64,000 nucleotides of DNA, taken from positions 224,001 through 288,000 of the forward strand of contig CAXXHG010000043.1 of NCBI GenBank assembly GCA_963666315.2. Reading direction: 5' to 3'. Positions 47,150-56,369 of this stretch are shown here, one piece after another (positions within the stretch are counted from its first letter, which is position 1; every line of letters begins with the position of its first letter). Under the pieces are notes generated by a model. The model did no database searches, was not told the origin of the DNA, and saw nothing but the letters and a program-made list of their open reading frames with translations. The translations under genes and the position numbers were made by a program. The DNA comes from Candidatus Binatia bacterium (GTDB taxonomy: Bacteria; Desulfobacterota; Binatia; Bin18).

Positions 47150-48310
47150 ATGTTACGCTTTTTTACGGCAGGAGAATCCCACGGGCCATGTTTGACTGCG
47201 ATTGTCGAAGGATTCCCCGCCGGGGTCCCAATTGACGTTACCCAAATAAACCATGATCTCTCCCGTCGCCAGCAAGGTTATGGTCGTGGCGGACGTATGA
47301 AGATTGAAAAGGACGAAGCCTTGATTCAGTCCGGAGTCCGTTGGGGAGAAAGCCTTGGATCTCCCATCACCTTGATGGTCCAGAATAGAGATTGGCGGAA
47401 CTGGGAAAAGCGCATGTCCCCATTTGCTGAGGATAAGGACGAGAATATTGCCGTCACGCGTCCGCGTCCAGGTCATGCCGACCTCACAGGTGTGTTGAAA
47501 TACAACCACCGAGACATCCGGAACATCCTAGAGCGAGCGAGCGCACGTGAGACAGCAGCTCGGGTAGCCATTGGCGGGCTCGCGAAATGTCTCTTATCCC
47601 CCTTTGGCATTCAAGTCATAGGATATGTGACAGAAATCGGGGGAATTGTTGCCAACCATGAAAGTCTCACAACCCAAGAGATCTACGAGAAAGCTGAAGT
47701 TTCTCCGGTGCGCTTGGCTGATGGGGAAGCAGAGAAAAAAATTATTGCCCTGATCGATCAATGTAAAAAGCAGGGCGACACGTTGGGTGGGGTGGTGGAG
47801 GTGGCGGCAACAGGGTTGCCGCCAGGGCTGGGGAGTTTTGCTCAGTGGGACCGCAAGCTTGATGGGCGGCTCGGTGCGGCGCTCTTAAGCTTGCAGTCGG
47901 CGAAGGGCGTGGAGGTGGGGTTGGGGTTTGCCACTGCAAAACTTCCCGGCTCGCAGGTGCATGACGAGATTGCCTTTGACCATAATACAGGCTTCACTCG
48001 CCAAAGCAACAATTCCGGCGGAACTGAGGGAGGAATGAGTACCGGTGAACCGCTGCGCATCAAGGTGGCTTTTAAGCCGCTCTCTACACTGATGCGACCT
48101 TTGCGGTCGGTTGATATTCGTACCAAGGAACCCATCGAAGCAACAATAGAGCGCTCGGACGTGTGTGCGATTCCTGCTGCGGCTGTCATAGCGGAAGCGG
48201 TCATGGCATATGTCCTCGCCCAAGTGTTCCTGGAAAAGTTCGGTGGAGACTCCCTTGCCGAGATCACACGGAATTATGACGGCTATCTTGAACATGTGAG
48301 ACAATTCTAA
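47150..48310 (+). CDS. aroC: Chorismate synthase
   Basis: TAGESHG, RPGHAD, ERASARETA, ERSD. Confidence 0.96.
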   Translation: MLRFFTAGESHGPCLTAIVEGFPAGVPIDVTQINHDLSRRQQGYGRGGRMKIEKDEALIQSGVRWGESLGSPITLMVQNRDWRNWEKRMSPFAEDKDENIAVTRPRPGHADLTGVLKYNHRDIRNILERASARETAARVAIGGLAKCLLSPFGIQVIGYVTEIGGIVANHESLTTQEIYEKAEVSPVRLADGEAEKKIIALIDQCKKQGDTLGGVVEVAATGLPPGLGSFAQWDRKLDGRLGAALLSLQSAKGVEVGLGFATAKLPGSQVHDEIAFDHNTGFTRQSNNSGGTEGGMSTGEPLRIKVAFKPLSTLMRPLRSVDIRTKEPIEATIERSDVCAIPAAAVIAEAVMAYVLAQVFLEKFGGDSLAEITRNYDGYLEHVRQF

Positions 48311-48855
48311 TGGCCGCCCGTTTGATACGCAACATCATCTTGACTGGTTTTATGGGAACAGGAAAAAGTGTAGTTGGTAAAAGTCTGGCAAGGCAACTCA
48401 AACGCCGATTTATTGATACGGATACTCTTATCGAACAAGAGGCGGGCATATCGATTGCCCAGATCTTTGAGACAGAAGGGGAGCCAGCCTTCCGAAAAAG
48501 AGAAAGACAAGCAATCACATGGAGCTGTCAAGAAGACGACATAGTCATAGCCACGGGCGGTGGAGCGATCATGGATGCGGAGAATGCCAGGATGCTGAAA
48601 GAGAGTGGCATCGTCATCTGTCTCACTGCGCGCCCAGAGGTCATACTCCAGCGTCTTCACAATACTTCATCGCGCCCGCTTTTGCAGGAGCCAAAACCGC
48701 TCGAAAAGATACAAAAGCTGATAGCGGATCGGGCTGACGCCTATGCACAAGCCGACCTTAGCATCGATACTTCGTGTTTAGGCCCGGATGCTGTTGTGGA
48801 GGCTGCGCTTACAGCACTGTCAGAAAAGAGCTACGCGGCGGAGAAAATAGCGTAA
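48310..48855 (+). CDS. aroK: Shikimate kinase
   Basis: GFMGTGKS, GEPAFR, ATGGG, RPLL. Confidence 0.95.
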   Translation: MAARLIRNIILTGFMGTGKSVVGKSLARQLKRRFIDTDTLIEQEAGISIAQIFETEGEPAFRKRERQAITWSCQEDDIVIATGGGAIMDAENARMLKESGIVICLTARPEVILQRLHNTSSRPLLQEPKPLEKIQKLIADRADAYAQADLSIDTSCLGPDAVVEAALTALSEKSYAAEKIA

Positions 48856-49928
48856 TGGACACTGTCACAATGAATCTCGGGACCAGGTCATACCCCATCC
48901 ATATTGGGTCAGGCGTCCTCAGTATGCTTGGGCAACTGCTCAAGCAGCAAAATTTCCCTGCCGGTCGCATCGGGGTCGTGACAGATACGCATGTTGGCAA
49001 ACATTACCGGGAGCACGTTACTCAGACGCTTAGCGCATCCGGATTCAACCCGGTTGTCATTGAAATTCCTGCCGGTGAAGACCATAAGAACTTGGCGTGG
49101 CTCGCCTTTCTGTATGACAAGCTCGTCGAGGGACGCCTTGAGCGTACGTCCCCCCTGCTTGCGCTCGGCGGTGGTGTCATTGGAGACCTCACGGGTTTTG
49201 CCGCCGCAACATTCCAGCGCGGAGTGCCGTTTATTCAAATCCCGACAACACTGCTGGCCCAGGTTGACGCCAGCGTTGGGGGAAAAACTGGGGTCAATCA
49301 TCCTGCGGGAAAGAATTTGATCGGCGCATTCTACCAGCCGCGTATGGTCGCGATCGATGTCGAGACCCTGAAAACCTTGCCGCGGCGCGAATTTGTGGCA
49401 GGGATAGCGGAAGTTATTAAATACGGCGTTATTCTCAGCCCGGAACTTTTTCTGTTGTTGGAAGAAGAACTTCCGGCGCTACTCGACCTGAAACCCTTCC
49501 TCTTAACCCGTATTGTCAAAACCTGTTGCCAGCTCAAGACACGCGTGGTGGAAGAAGACGAAACCGAAAGGGACTATCGGGCTATTCTCAACTTCGGTCA
49601 CACGTTAGGCCATGCCATTGAGAGTGCTACGGACTACAAATGTTTTCTGCATGGAGAAGCCGTCGCTCTGGGGATGGTTTTTGCCCTCCGTCTATCCCAG
49701 CGTCGCGGCCTGTGTCGTTCCCCAACGAGCGAGCGGGTCTGCCGTTTGATTAAACAAGCCGGGCTACCAGTTGATATTCCTAAGAACATTGTAGCACAAC
49801 GCCTACGAATTGGGGTAGAGACAGACAAGAAGGTTGTTGGTGGAAAAGTCAAGTTTGTGTGTATCGAAGACATTGGGAAGACGTGCTTTGAATTTCTAAG
49901 CGTAAACGAGATTGCTGAACACTTGTAA
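48855..49928 (+). CDS. aroB: 3-dehydroquinate synthase
   Basis: GGGVIGD, PTTLLAQVDASVGGKTG, LNFGHT, LHGEAV. Confidence 0.96.
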   Translation: MDTVTMNLGTRSYPIHIGSGVLSMLGQLLKQQNFPAGRIGVVTDTHVGKHYREHVTQTLSASGFNPVVIEIPAGEDHKNLAWLAFLYDKLVEGRLERTSPLLALGGGVIGDLTGFAAATFQRGVPFIQIPTTLLAQVDASVGGKTGVNHPAGKNLIGAFYQPRMVAIDVETLKTLPRREFVAGIAEVIKYGVILSPELFLLLEEELPALLDLKPFLLTRIVKTCCQLKTRVVEEDETERDYRAILNFGHTLGHAIESATDYKCFLHGEAVALGMVFALRLSQRRGLCRSPTSERVCRLIKQAGLPVDIPKNIVAQRLRIGVETDKKVVGGKVKFVCIEDIGKTCFEFLSVNEIAEHL

Positions 49929-49954
49929 AGTGTGTGTTGGGAAGGAGGCGTGGC

Positions 49955-50541
49955 GTGGGTGTGGAAGGACGGATGCATTGGCTGGTGGTGCTGCTCCCGC
50001 TGATGTGTGGAGCCTGTGGCAATGAGGGGGAAAACGACAGGAGGCTCAGTGTCAGGTTCCGACAACGGATAATGCCATTTCTGATCAAAGCATTGCTCTT
50101 CCCCTCAATAGTAGCTCGATTAGTAATGGCTATCCAGACTCTTCGAGTTTTCTCAGTTTCTGTCGCGGATTTCTTCAGCTTCAAAATAACCTTTTCGGTC
50201 AAAGAATTCTTGTCGACCGGATCGATTTTGAATATGAGGTACCAGGCAGTTCTATCGCTGTCCCATCGGGTTCGTTTCCAACGGGCTTGAGCCAGAACCC
50301 GGCAGATGCCGATGTAGAGCAGAACCCCAATTCGTTTGGTGCGGTAAACACGTTCTTTACCCAACTCGATGGACAACTCGTTCCCAGTGCGCTCATCCTA
50401 TTTCTGCGCCGAAATCAGCCTTCTCTGCCCCAGCTTCCCTACGTCATGATCGTGCACGTGACGGCGCGGGGCCAGACAGAGAGCGGAGACCTCATTGTCA
50501 GTAATGAGACCCGCTACACCATCGAGTGGGTGGCAGGTTAA
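49955..50541 (+). pseudogene. Frameshifted hypothetical lipoprotein
   Basis: Lipobox CGAC-GNEGEND; the body continues in another frame from ~50038 (QEAQCQVPT...CRGFLQLQNNL...TARGQTESGD...). Confidence 0.6.
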
Positions 50542-50651
50542 TCCCCTCTCTAAGCGGGACCCACAGGCGGGCAGAGAACACGAAACAATATATATTCAAA
50601 CAAGAATACTGAAGCAGTTCTGGAAGAGGCTTGCAGAAGGAGAGGTGTGGT

Positions 50652-52177
50652 ATGGGACGTCGTGTGTGGAGCATCCGGATAACTGTCCTGCTTGCAGCAT
50701 TCGGAGTGGGCTGCGGCGGCTCCGGTGGTGGACCTTCCAATTCAGGCTCACAGTTTGTTTTTGAAGCGCGCGGACGACTGAGTTTGTCTTTTGCGCAGCC
50801 GATTTCAACGATATCACCATCATTCAGCGGGATATCGATCCGAGCACCTGCAATCCAACCACGTGTTCGAATCGCGGAGCTGCTCTCACGGACGACAACG
50901 GACAGGCGCATATCACAGTTATCGCCGGTCTCACCACCGGCTGGTCACGGATCATTGCTGAGGCTCCGCCTGCGTTGAACATCTCTACAGGCATTACTGT
51001 CACCATTACCGGACAAGGCTTTATCTCGCTCGGGACGCTGAGTATTGTTCAGTCCACCGTCACTTTTGTGAATCCAACTCTCGGACCGGACGACCCGGGC
51101 TCTCCGCCGACAACGGCCACCTTTCAAGCCCTCGGTGGTACTCCGCCGTATAGGTGGGTGCATGGCAATCAAGCGTTAGGCTCAATCGTAGCGACTGGCA
51201 TCCCAAATGTGAATGAAACGGCTGAGTACACCTTAATCGGCCCCATCCCTACGCCTCCTCCGTCAATAGCGCTGGAAGATACGATCACACTGTATGATGC
51301 TGATGGGAGCGAAGCCAACGCAACGGTGAGCGTCATCTTTGCCGATTGTACACTCATGGCCGACCAAACAATGGTTACGTTGGTCGGAAGCACCGGAAAT
51401 AATTTTCAGATTGACGTGAGTGATGGTGTGCCACCATTTGCTGTGACCCAGCTATTCCCGGACATTGCATCCACATCCGCAGTTGAGGTCTTGGGTGAAG
51501 TCATCGATGGCAACGGTATGGTCATCCCCTTCGAAATATGTGACGCAATAGGCGAACGGTGTGCCATCACATTCACTTTACCCACCGATTTTCGGGTAGT
51601 AACCCCTGGTACGATTCTCATTCCTGACGTCCGCGGTTGTAAGGCAACAATAGAACTCACCATAGAACCGTGCGGAAATGGGGTCATTGATAGTGGCGAG
51701 GAGTGTGATGGATCGGCCTTCCCACCTGGGCGCAGCACCTGTGAAAATGTAGAAGGAACGGGGGCTTTCGGGATCCTCTGCTACACGGACACATGCACGA
51801 TTGATACGAGCAACTGTCAGGCTCCTATTGTCGCACCAGCAACAGCACCATCTTCGCTGTGTAATAATGGGATCATTGATGTAGGCGAATTGTGTGACAT
51901 CGACGATTTTCGCGGTCTCACCTGCGCCAATTACAAAGGACCGGGAGCAATAGGCCCTTTATTCTGTACGGCTACCTGCACTATAGATAGTAATAATTGT
52001 ATAGCTCTTGATCCAGATAGTTCGTGTGGCGATGGGATCATCGATCCAGGCGAACAGTGTGACACTCTTAACCTCGGTGGGACCAGCCGCGAAGACCTAG
52101 GCTTCGTATGTGGCGATCTGGCATGCAATGCCGATTGCACCCTTAACATCGTAAACTGTTCTGACGTCCCCCTCTAA
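50652..52177 (+). pseudogene. Cys-rich repeat (DUF4215-like) surface lipoprotein, frameshifted near 50800
   Basis: Lipobox GVGC in one frame; body in another frame with three C(G/N)(N/D)GxIDxGExCD repeats. Confidence 0.65.
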
Positions 52178-52386
52178 TGTGGGCCATGGTAGGGTTAGCG
52201 TCTCCGTCGCGTCCTTGCCCACTAGGCGGATCAACACGGCGTCCAGTTCCAGTTCAGTCGGCTGGGAACGCCGACCAACATCGCTCTTATCGATCCGTTC
52301 CATAGAACAACGGAGATCAGATGGGAATGAGTCTTTTCATCCGTCCTATCATTGACGCCTCCTGAGGGGCTTTGTAGTGTATCGGA

Positions 52387-53688
52387 GTGGCAGACCAGCG
52401 ACACGCACGACCGCGCAAACCTCTGAGCGGGAAACCGTATGCGAAACCGTCCGCAACGTATCCGCACAAGCCGTATCAAAGAAAGCCAGAGCGCGAGAAA
52501 AGACATGCTCCGGCTGTTTCTGACAGACCCTGGCGGCCGCCGTGTCCACACCAGCCGCATTGTTACGGCTGCCCGTTTGTCGCTATTCCCTACGATCAGC
52601 AGCTTGAAAGAAAGCAAAAGATTGTCCGTGAGGCATTGGCCACCTTCTCCTCTCTCAGTGATATCAGTACTCCGCTGCCGGTCGCCTCGCCCCAGAAGTT
52701 CGGCTACCGCTCTCGGGTCAAATTAGCCGTCCGGCGCGTCAAAGGCGAAACCCTGATCGGTCTGTATATACCTGAAACACATAAGGTTTTCGATATTTCA
52801 GCGTGCCCTGTGCATCCGAAACAAATCAACGAAATTTTATCCTTCCTCAAACAAGCCATCGAGCGTCTGAACATTAGCCCGTACGACGAAGAACGAGATA
52901 CCGGCCAACTTCGTTATATAGACCTGCGCTATAGTTTTTGGCAACGCAAAGCATTACTCATGCTGGTCACCCGGCATATGCACTTTCCTCAGGTTCAGGA
53001 ACTCACCCGGCAGCTTGAGCGGCGGTTTCCATTTTTGAGCGGTATTGTTCATAATATCAACGAAAAGCCGGGAAACGTGATTTGGGGCAAGCGGTTTCGG
53101 CCGCTGCGGGGACGCGACTCGCTTCTGGAACAAGTTGGCCATTTACGCCTCAATGTCCCGATTGATACATTCACCCAGGTGAACCCGCCTGTGGCAAAAC
53201 GGATCTACGAGACCATAGTACGCTGGGGCAATCTCACTGGACAAGAAATTGTGATGGATGTGTACTGCGGGATTGGGCCCATTACCCTATACCTGGCGTC
53301 ACAGGCAAAGCTGGTCGCCGGTATTGAGGAAAATGTGCGCGCTGTAAACGTTGCCAAAGAAAATGCCCGGCGGAGTGGTTATCACAACACGCGTTTCTTT
53401 GCCGGAGACGCGGCTGAGAAGGTGGCCGAAGTAGCACTCAAGCTGCCGCCAATCGGCATGGTTGTTCTCAACCCACCGCGTAAGGGATTGAGCCCGGAGG
53501 CTTTCTCCGCGGTGGTACACGTGAATGCACCAAAGCTGGTGTATGTCTCGTGCTCCCCGCAGACTCTTGCACGAGACCTTGATCGATTCTCCCAAGCCGG
53601 GTATGCCGTAGGGCGCATACAGCCGTTCGATATGTTTCCGCAGACAGACCAGATAGAAACTCTCGCCCTTATTGAAAAAACGGAGTAA
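52387..53688 (+). CDS. rlmD: 23S rRNA (uracil-5)-methyltransferase RlmD family
   Basis: CPHQPHCYGC, FTQVN, DVYCGIG, NPPRKG, YVSC, FDMFPQT. Confidence 0.9.
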   Translation: MADQRHARPRKPLSGKPYAKPSATYPHKPYQRKPEREKRHAPAVSDRPWRPPCPHQPHCYGCPFVAIPYDQQLERKQKIVREALATFSSLSDISTPLPVASPQKFGYRSRVKLAVRRVKGETLIGLYIPETHKVFDISACPVHPKQINEILSFLKQAIERLNISPYDEERDTGQLRYIDLRYSFWQRKALLMLVTRHMHFPQVQELTRQLERRFPFLSGIVHNINEKPGNVIWGKRFRPLRGRDSLLEQVGHLRLNVPIDTFTQVNPPVAKRIYETIVRWGNLTGQEIVMDVYCGIGPITLYLASQAKLVAGIEENVRAVNVAKENARRSGYHNTRFFAGDAAEKVAEVALKLPPIGMVVLNPPRKGLSPEAFSAVVHVNAPKLVYVSCSPQTLARDLDRFSQAGYAVGRIQPFDMFPQTDQIETLALIEKTE

Positions 53689-54451
53689 CGCGGTGGAGCA
53701 ACTCCAGACTAGCCCACTTCAGGGGAAGACCCAAAACCAGCACCTATGGCTGCATGCTGAGGGCTGGGCGCGCTTTCCAGGTCTTGTCCACGGCTTCTCT
53801 CAGCGTCTTCCAAGAATGCATCACAGTGACGCTGGCACGCCCTGTATTCCGACCCTTGCAGGTCTCGCTCCCCATACGCTTACACAAGTGCATGGCAAGG
53901 ATATTGTGCATATCAAGGGAACGGAAAGAGGACCGACCAAAACGGAAGCAGACGGTATGTTCACCGATGATGCAGAAGTTCTGCTCGGTATTTTGACTGC
54001 AGATTGTGTCCCTGTACTTATGGTCGTACCCCAACGGAGGATAGTCATTGCCTTACATGCCGGTTTGAGAGGAACCCAGAAAGCGATTTGCCTGCACGCA
54101 GTAGAAATATGTACGAAAAAGTGGCGCCTCGACCCGTCCCAGCTTTGGGTCGCCCTAGGCCCGTCGATAAGCGGGTGCTGTTACGAAGTCGGATATGAAG
54201 TAGGGGAACCGCTTTTCCAGCGTTGGGGAGATGGAGAAAAAGAGGCATGGCACGTTCAAGGAGACGGAAAGGGGTTGCTTGACCTCCGGGCCATAAACAA
54301 GGCGCAATTGACCTGGGCCGGTATTCCGGATGAGCAGATCCAGAGTGTCGGCCCCTGTACCTGCTGCAATCGGGTCGAATTTACTTCGTATCGGAGAGAG
54401 GGTCCGCAATCCGGACGACAGATCAGTGTGATTGGCTGGAAACCCTCTTGA
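53672..54451 (+). CDS. pgeF: PgeF/YfiH family protein
   Basis: QVHG, ADG, LTADCVPV, GPSISGCCYEVG, SYRR. Confidence 0.88.
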   Translation: MKKRSNAVEQLQTSPLQGKTQNQHLWLHAEGWARFPGLVHGFSQRLPRMHHSDAGTPCIPTLAGLAPHTLTQVHGKDIVHIKGTERGPTKTEADGMFTDDAEVLLGILTADCVPVLMVVPQRRIVIALHAGLRGTQKAICLHAVEICTKKWRLDPSQLWVALGPSISGCCYEVGYEVGEPLFQRWGDGEKEAWHVQGDGKGLLDLRAINKAQLTWAGIPDEQIQSVGPCTCCNRVEFTSYRREGPQSGRQISVIGWKPS

Positions 54452-54479
54452 ATCATTTGGACTTCATATTTTAGCAGTT

Positions 54480-55493
54480 ATGCATATTGCAGTCATTGGT
54501 GCGGGAGGGTGGGGGACAGCTCTGGCTTGCCTCTTAGACACTGCCGGTCATCAGGTCTGTATGTGGGTCAGACGCGAGGCCGTGTATCGACAACTGCAAA
54601 GAACAAGTGAAAACCAAGCCTATCTGCCCGATATTCGTCTCCCCAAAACTCTTCGCTTTACTACGAACCTGGCTGAATCAGTGGCTGGAGCCGAGCTTAT
54701 TGTTTTTGCTGTTCCATCGCATGCGATCCGGTCCATGGCGTCACAACTTGGTCCGGTTGTCACCGGCTCACCACTATTCGTGAGTACGAGTAAAGGCATT
54801 GAGGAAGAGTCTCTCCAAACCATGAGCGGCGTGCTGAGGGCTACGCTCCCGGAGCAATTCGCACACAGGATCGCCGTTCTTTCGGGTCCGAGCTTTGCAG
54901 TAGAAGTGGCGCGCGGGTTCCCCACAGCAGTCACTGCGGCGGCGCAAGACCAAGAGCTCGCAAAGACCGTCCAGGAGACGTTCTCCGCGCCCACATTCCG
55001 TGTCTATACTACGATGGACCTCATTGGCGTTGAGGTCGGTGGCGCAGTTAAAAACGTGATCGCTCTCGCAGTGGGAGTGAGTGACGGACTAGGCTATGGC
55101 TATAATGCCAGAGCCGCGTTAATCACGCGTGGCATGGCTGAGGTAGTGCGTTTGGCAATACGAATGGGGGCAAATCCACAGACATTATCAGGTCTGTCTG
55201 GAATGGGTGATCTCATCCTTACTTGTACGAGTGATCTCAGCCGTAATCGCACGGTTGGGATACGGTTGGGAAAAGGGGAGAAGATTGACGAGATCCAGCA
55301 GAGTATGTCGACTGTTGCAGAGGGGATACGGAATTGTCGGTCAATTCTTGCTTTAGCACGCCGTTTGGCTGTAGAAATGCCTATTGTTGAACAAATTTCA
55401 GCGCTTTTGTATGCCGGAAAACAGCCCAAGAATGTCGTCGCGGATTTGCTATCCCGTCAAATGAAACCCGAGTTTCCACAGGAGGAAAATTGA
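54480..55493 (+). CDS. gpsA: NAD(P)H-dependent glycerol-3-phosphate dehydrogenase
   Basis: GAGGWGTALA, SGPSFA, GGAVKNVIA, GMGDLILTCTSDLSRN. Confidence 0.95.
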   Translation: MHIAVIGAGGWGTALACLLDTAGHQVCMWVRREAVYRQLQRTSENQAYLPDIRLPKTLRFTTNLAESVAGAELIVFAVPSHAIRSMASQLGPVVTGSPLFVSTSKGIEEESLQTMSGVLRATLPEQFAHRIAVLSGPSFAVEVARGFPTAVTAAAQDQELAKTVQETFSAPTFRVYTTMDLIGVEVGGAVKNVIALAVGVSDGLGYGYNARAALITRGMAEVVRLAIRMGANPQTLSGLSGMGDLILTCTSDLSRNRTVGIRLGKGEKIDEIQQSMSTVAEGIRNCRSILALARRLAVEMPIVEQISALLYAGKQPKNVVADLLSRQMKPEFPQEEN

Positions 55494-55552
55494 CATCTAG
55501 GTAACGGTATGGTGAGATATACGATCACTGAAACACAGCACTCTAGAAACGG

Positions 55553-56083
55553 ATGAGCATAGATGAAAAGGACTTATCAACCAAGCAATACCAGTCGGAA
55601 ACGCACCCACGGCTTTCTGGTTCGGATGAGGACGGCAGGCGGGCGTGCCGTCATCAAACGTCGGCGCGCAAAAGGGCGCAAACTATTAAGCGTTCTGATA
55701 CCACCAAAACAAGCGCGCCGCTGACCACCGAGTACGGCAGGTACGCTTTTCCAAAAACGGCACGGCTTCGCGTTCGTCGAGAGTTCCTCGCTATCCAAAA
55801 GACGGGGAAGCGACGCCAGAGCCGCCACTTCGTCGTTATCACGTCCCCGGTATGGCAGCAGCGACCCCGTCTCGGCATAACGGCCTCTCGTCGGTTTGGG
55901 AATGCGGTTATTCGGAATAGAATGAAGCGGATGCTGCGCGAATTTTTTCGTGTCCGGCAGGCGCGCATTTCTCCGGCACGTGATATCCTGGTCATCCCGA
56001 AATCAGCGGCTAAAGAGCTGTCTTTCGCGCAGATTGTCAAAGAACTGGAGAAGGTTCTTCCCCTTGCTCAACGCACTGACTGA
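55553..56083 (+). CDS. rnpA: Ribonuclease P protein component (start at ATG 55553 or CTG 55721)
   Basis: [29 protein letters not shown] (RNR motif). Confidence 0.9.
   Translation: MSIDEKDLSTKQYQSETHPRLSGSDEDGRRACRHQTSARKRAQTIKRSDTTKTSAPLTTEYGRYAFPKTARLRVRREFLAIQKTGKRRQSRHFVVITSPVWQQRPRLGITASRRFGNAVIRNRMKRMLREFFRVRQARISPARDILVIPKSAAKELSFAQIVKELEKVLPLAQRTD
55563..55724 (+). CDS. rpmH: 50S ribosomal protein L34
   Basis: Manual translation [44 protein letters not shown] (not in the ORF track). Confidence 0.97.
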   Translation: MKRTYQPSNTSRKRTHGFLVRMRTAGGRAVIKRRRAKGRKLLSVLIPPKQARR

Positions 56084-56342
56084 AATCTCCCGCTTTCTGC
56101 TTGTGTTAGGTTTTCAAGGCGCAGCTCGGTTTTGTAAAGCCGTACTGCTCGGGGGACTGCATGGATACCGTCTGATAGTGTCTCCCGTACTTGGTCCGGC
56201 TTGTCGTTTCTATCCGAGTTGCTCGCAGTATGCGCTTGACGCAGTGGAGAACTATGGAGTGCTCAGAGGAATCGAGCTCTCTATTCGGCGGCTGACAAAA
56301 TGCCACCCATGGCATCCAGGCGGAATAGACTTCGTGCCGTGA
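56064..56342 (+). CDS. yidD: Membrane protein insertion efficiency factor
   Basis: SPVLGPACRFYPSCSQYA...KCHPWHPGG. Confidence 0.92.
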   Translation: MLNALTEISRFLLVLGFQGAARFCKAVLLGGLHGYRLIVSPVLGPACRFYPSCSQYALDAVENYGVLRGIELSIRRLTKCHPWHPGGIDFVP

Positions 56343-56369
56343 TCTACATACTATGTTTTCAGAATTTCT

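Noticed and set aside
52178-52386. Possible structured ncRNA or tRNA upstream of rlmD
   Set aside because: No cloverleaf, T-loop or riboswitch consensus recognisable by eye.
55490-55525. Sigma70 promoter for rpmH (perfect TTGACA)
   Set aside because: No convincing -10 hexamer at 16-18 nt spacing.
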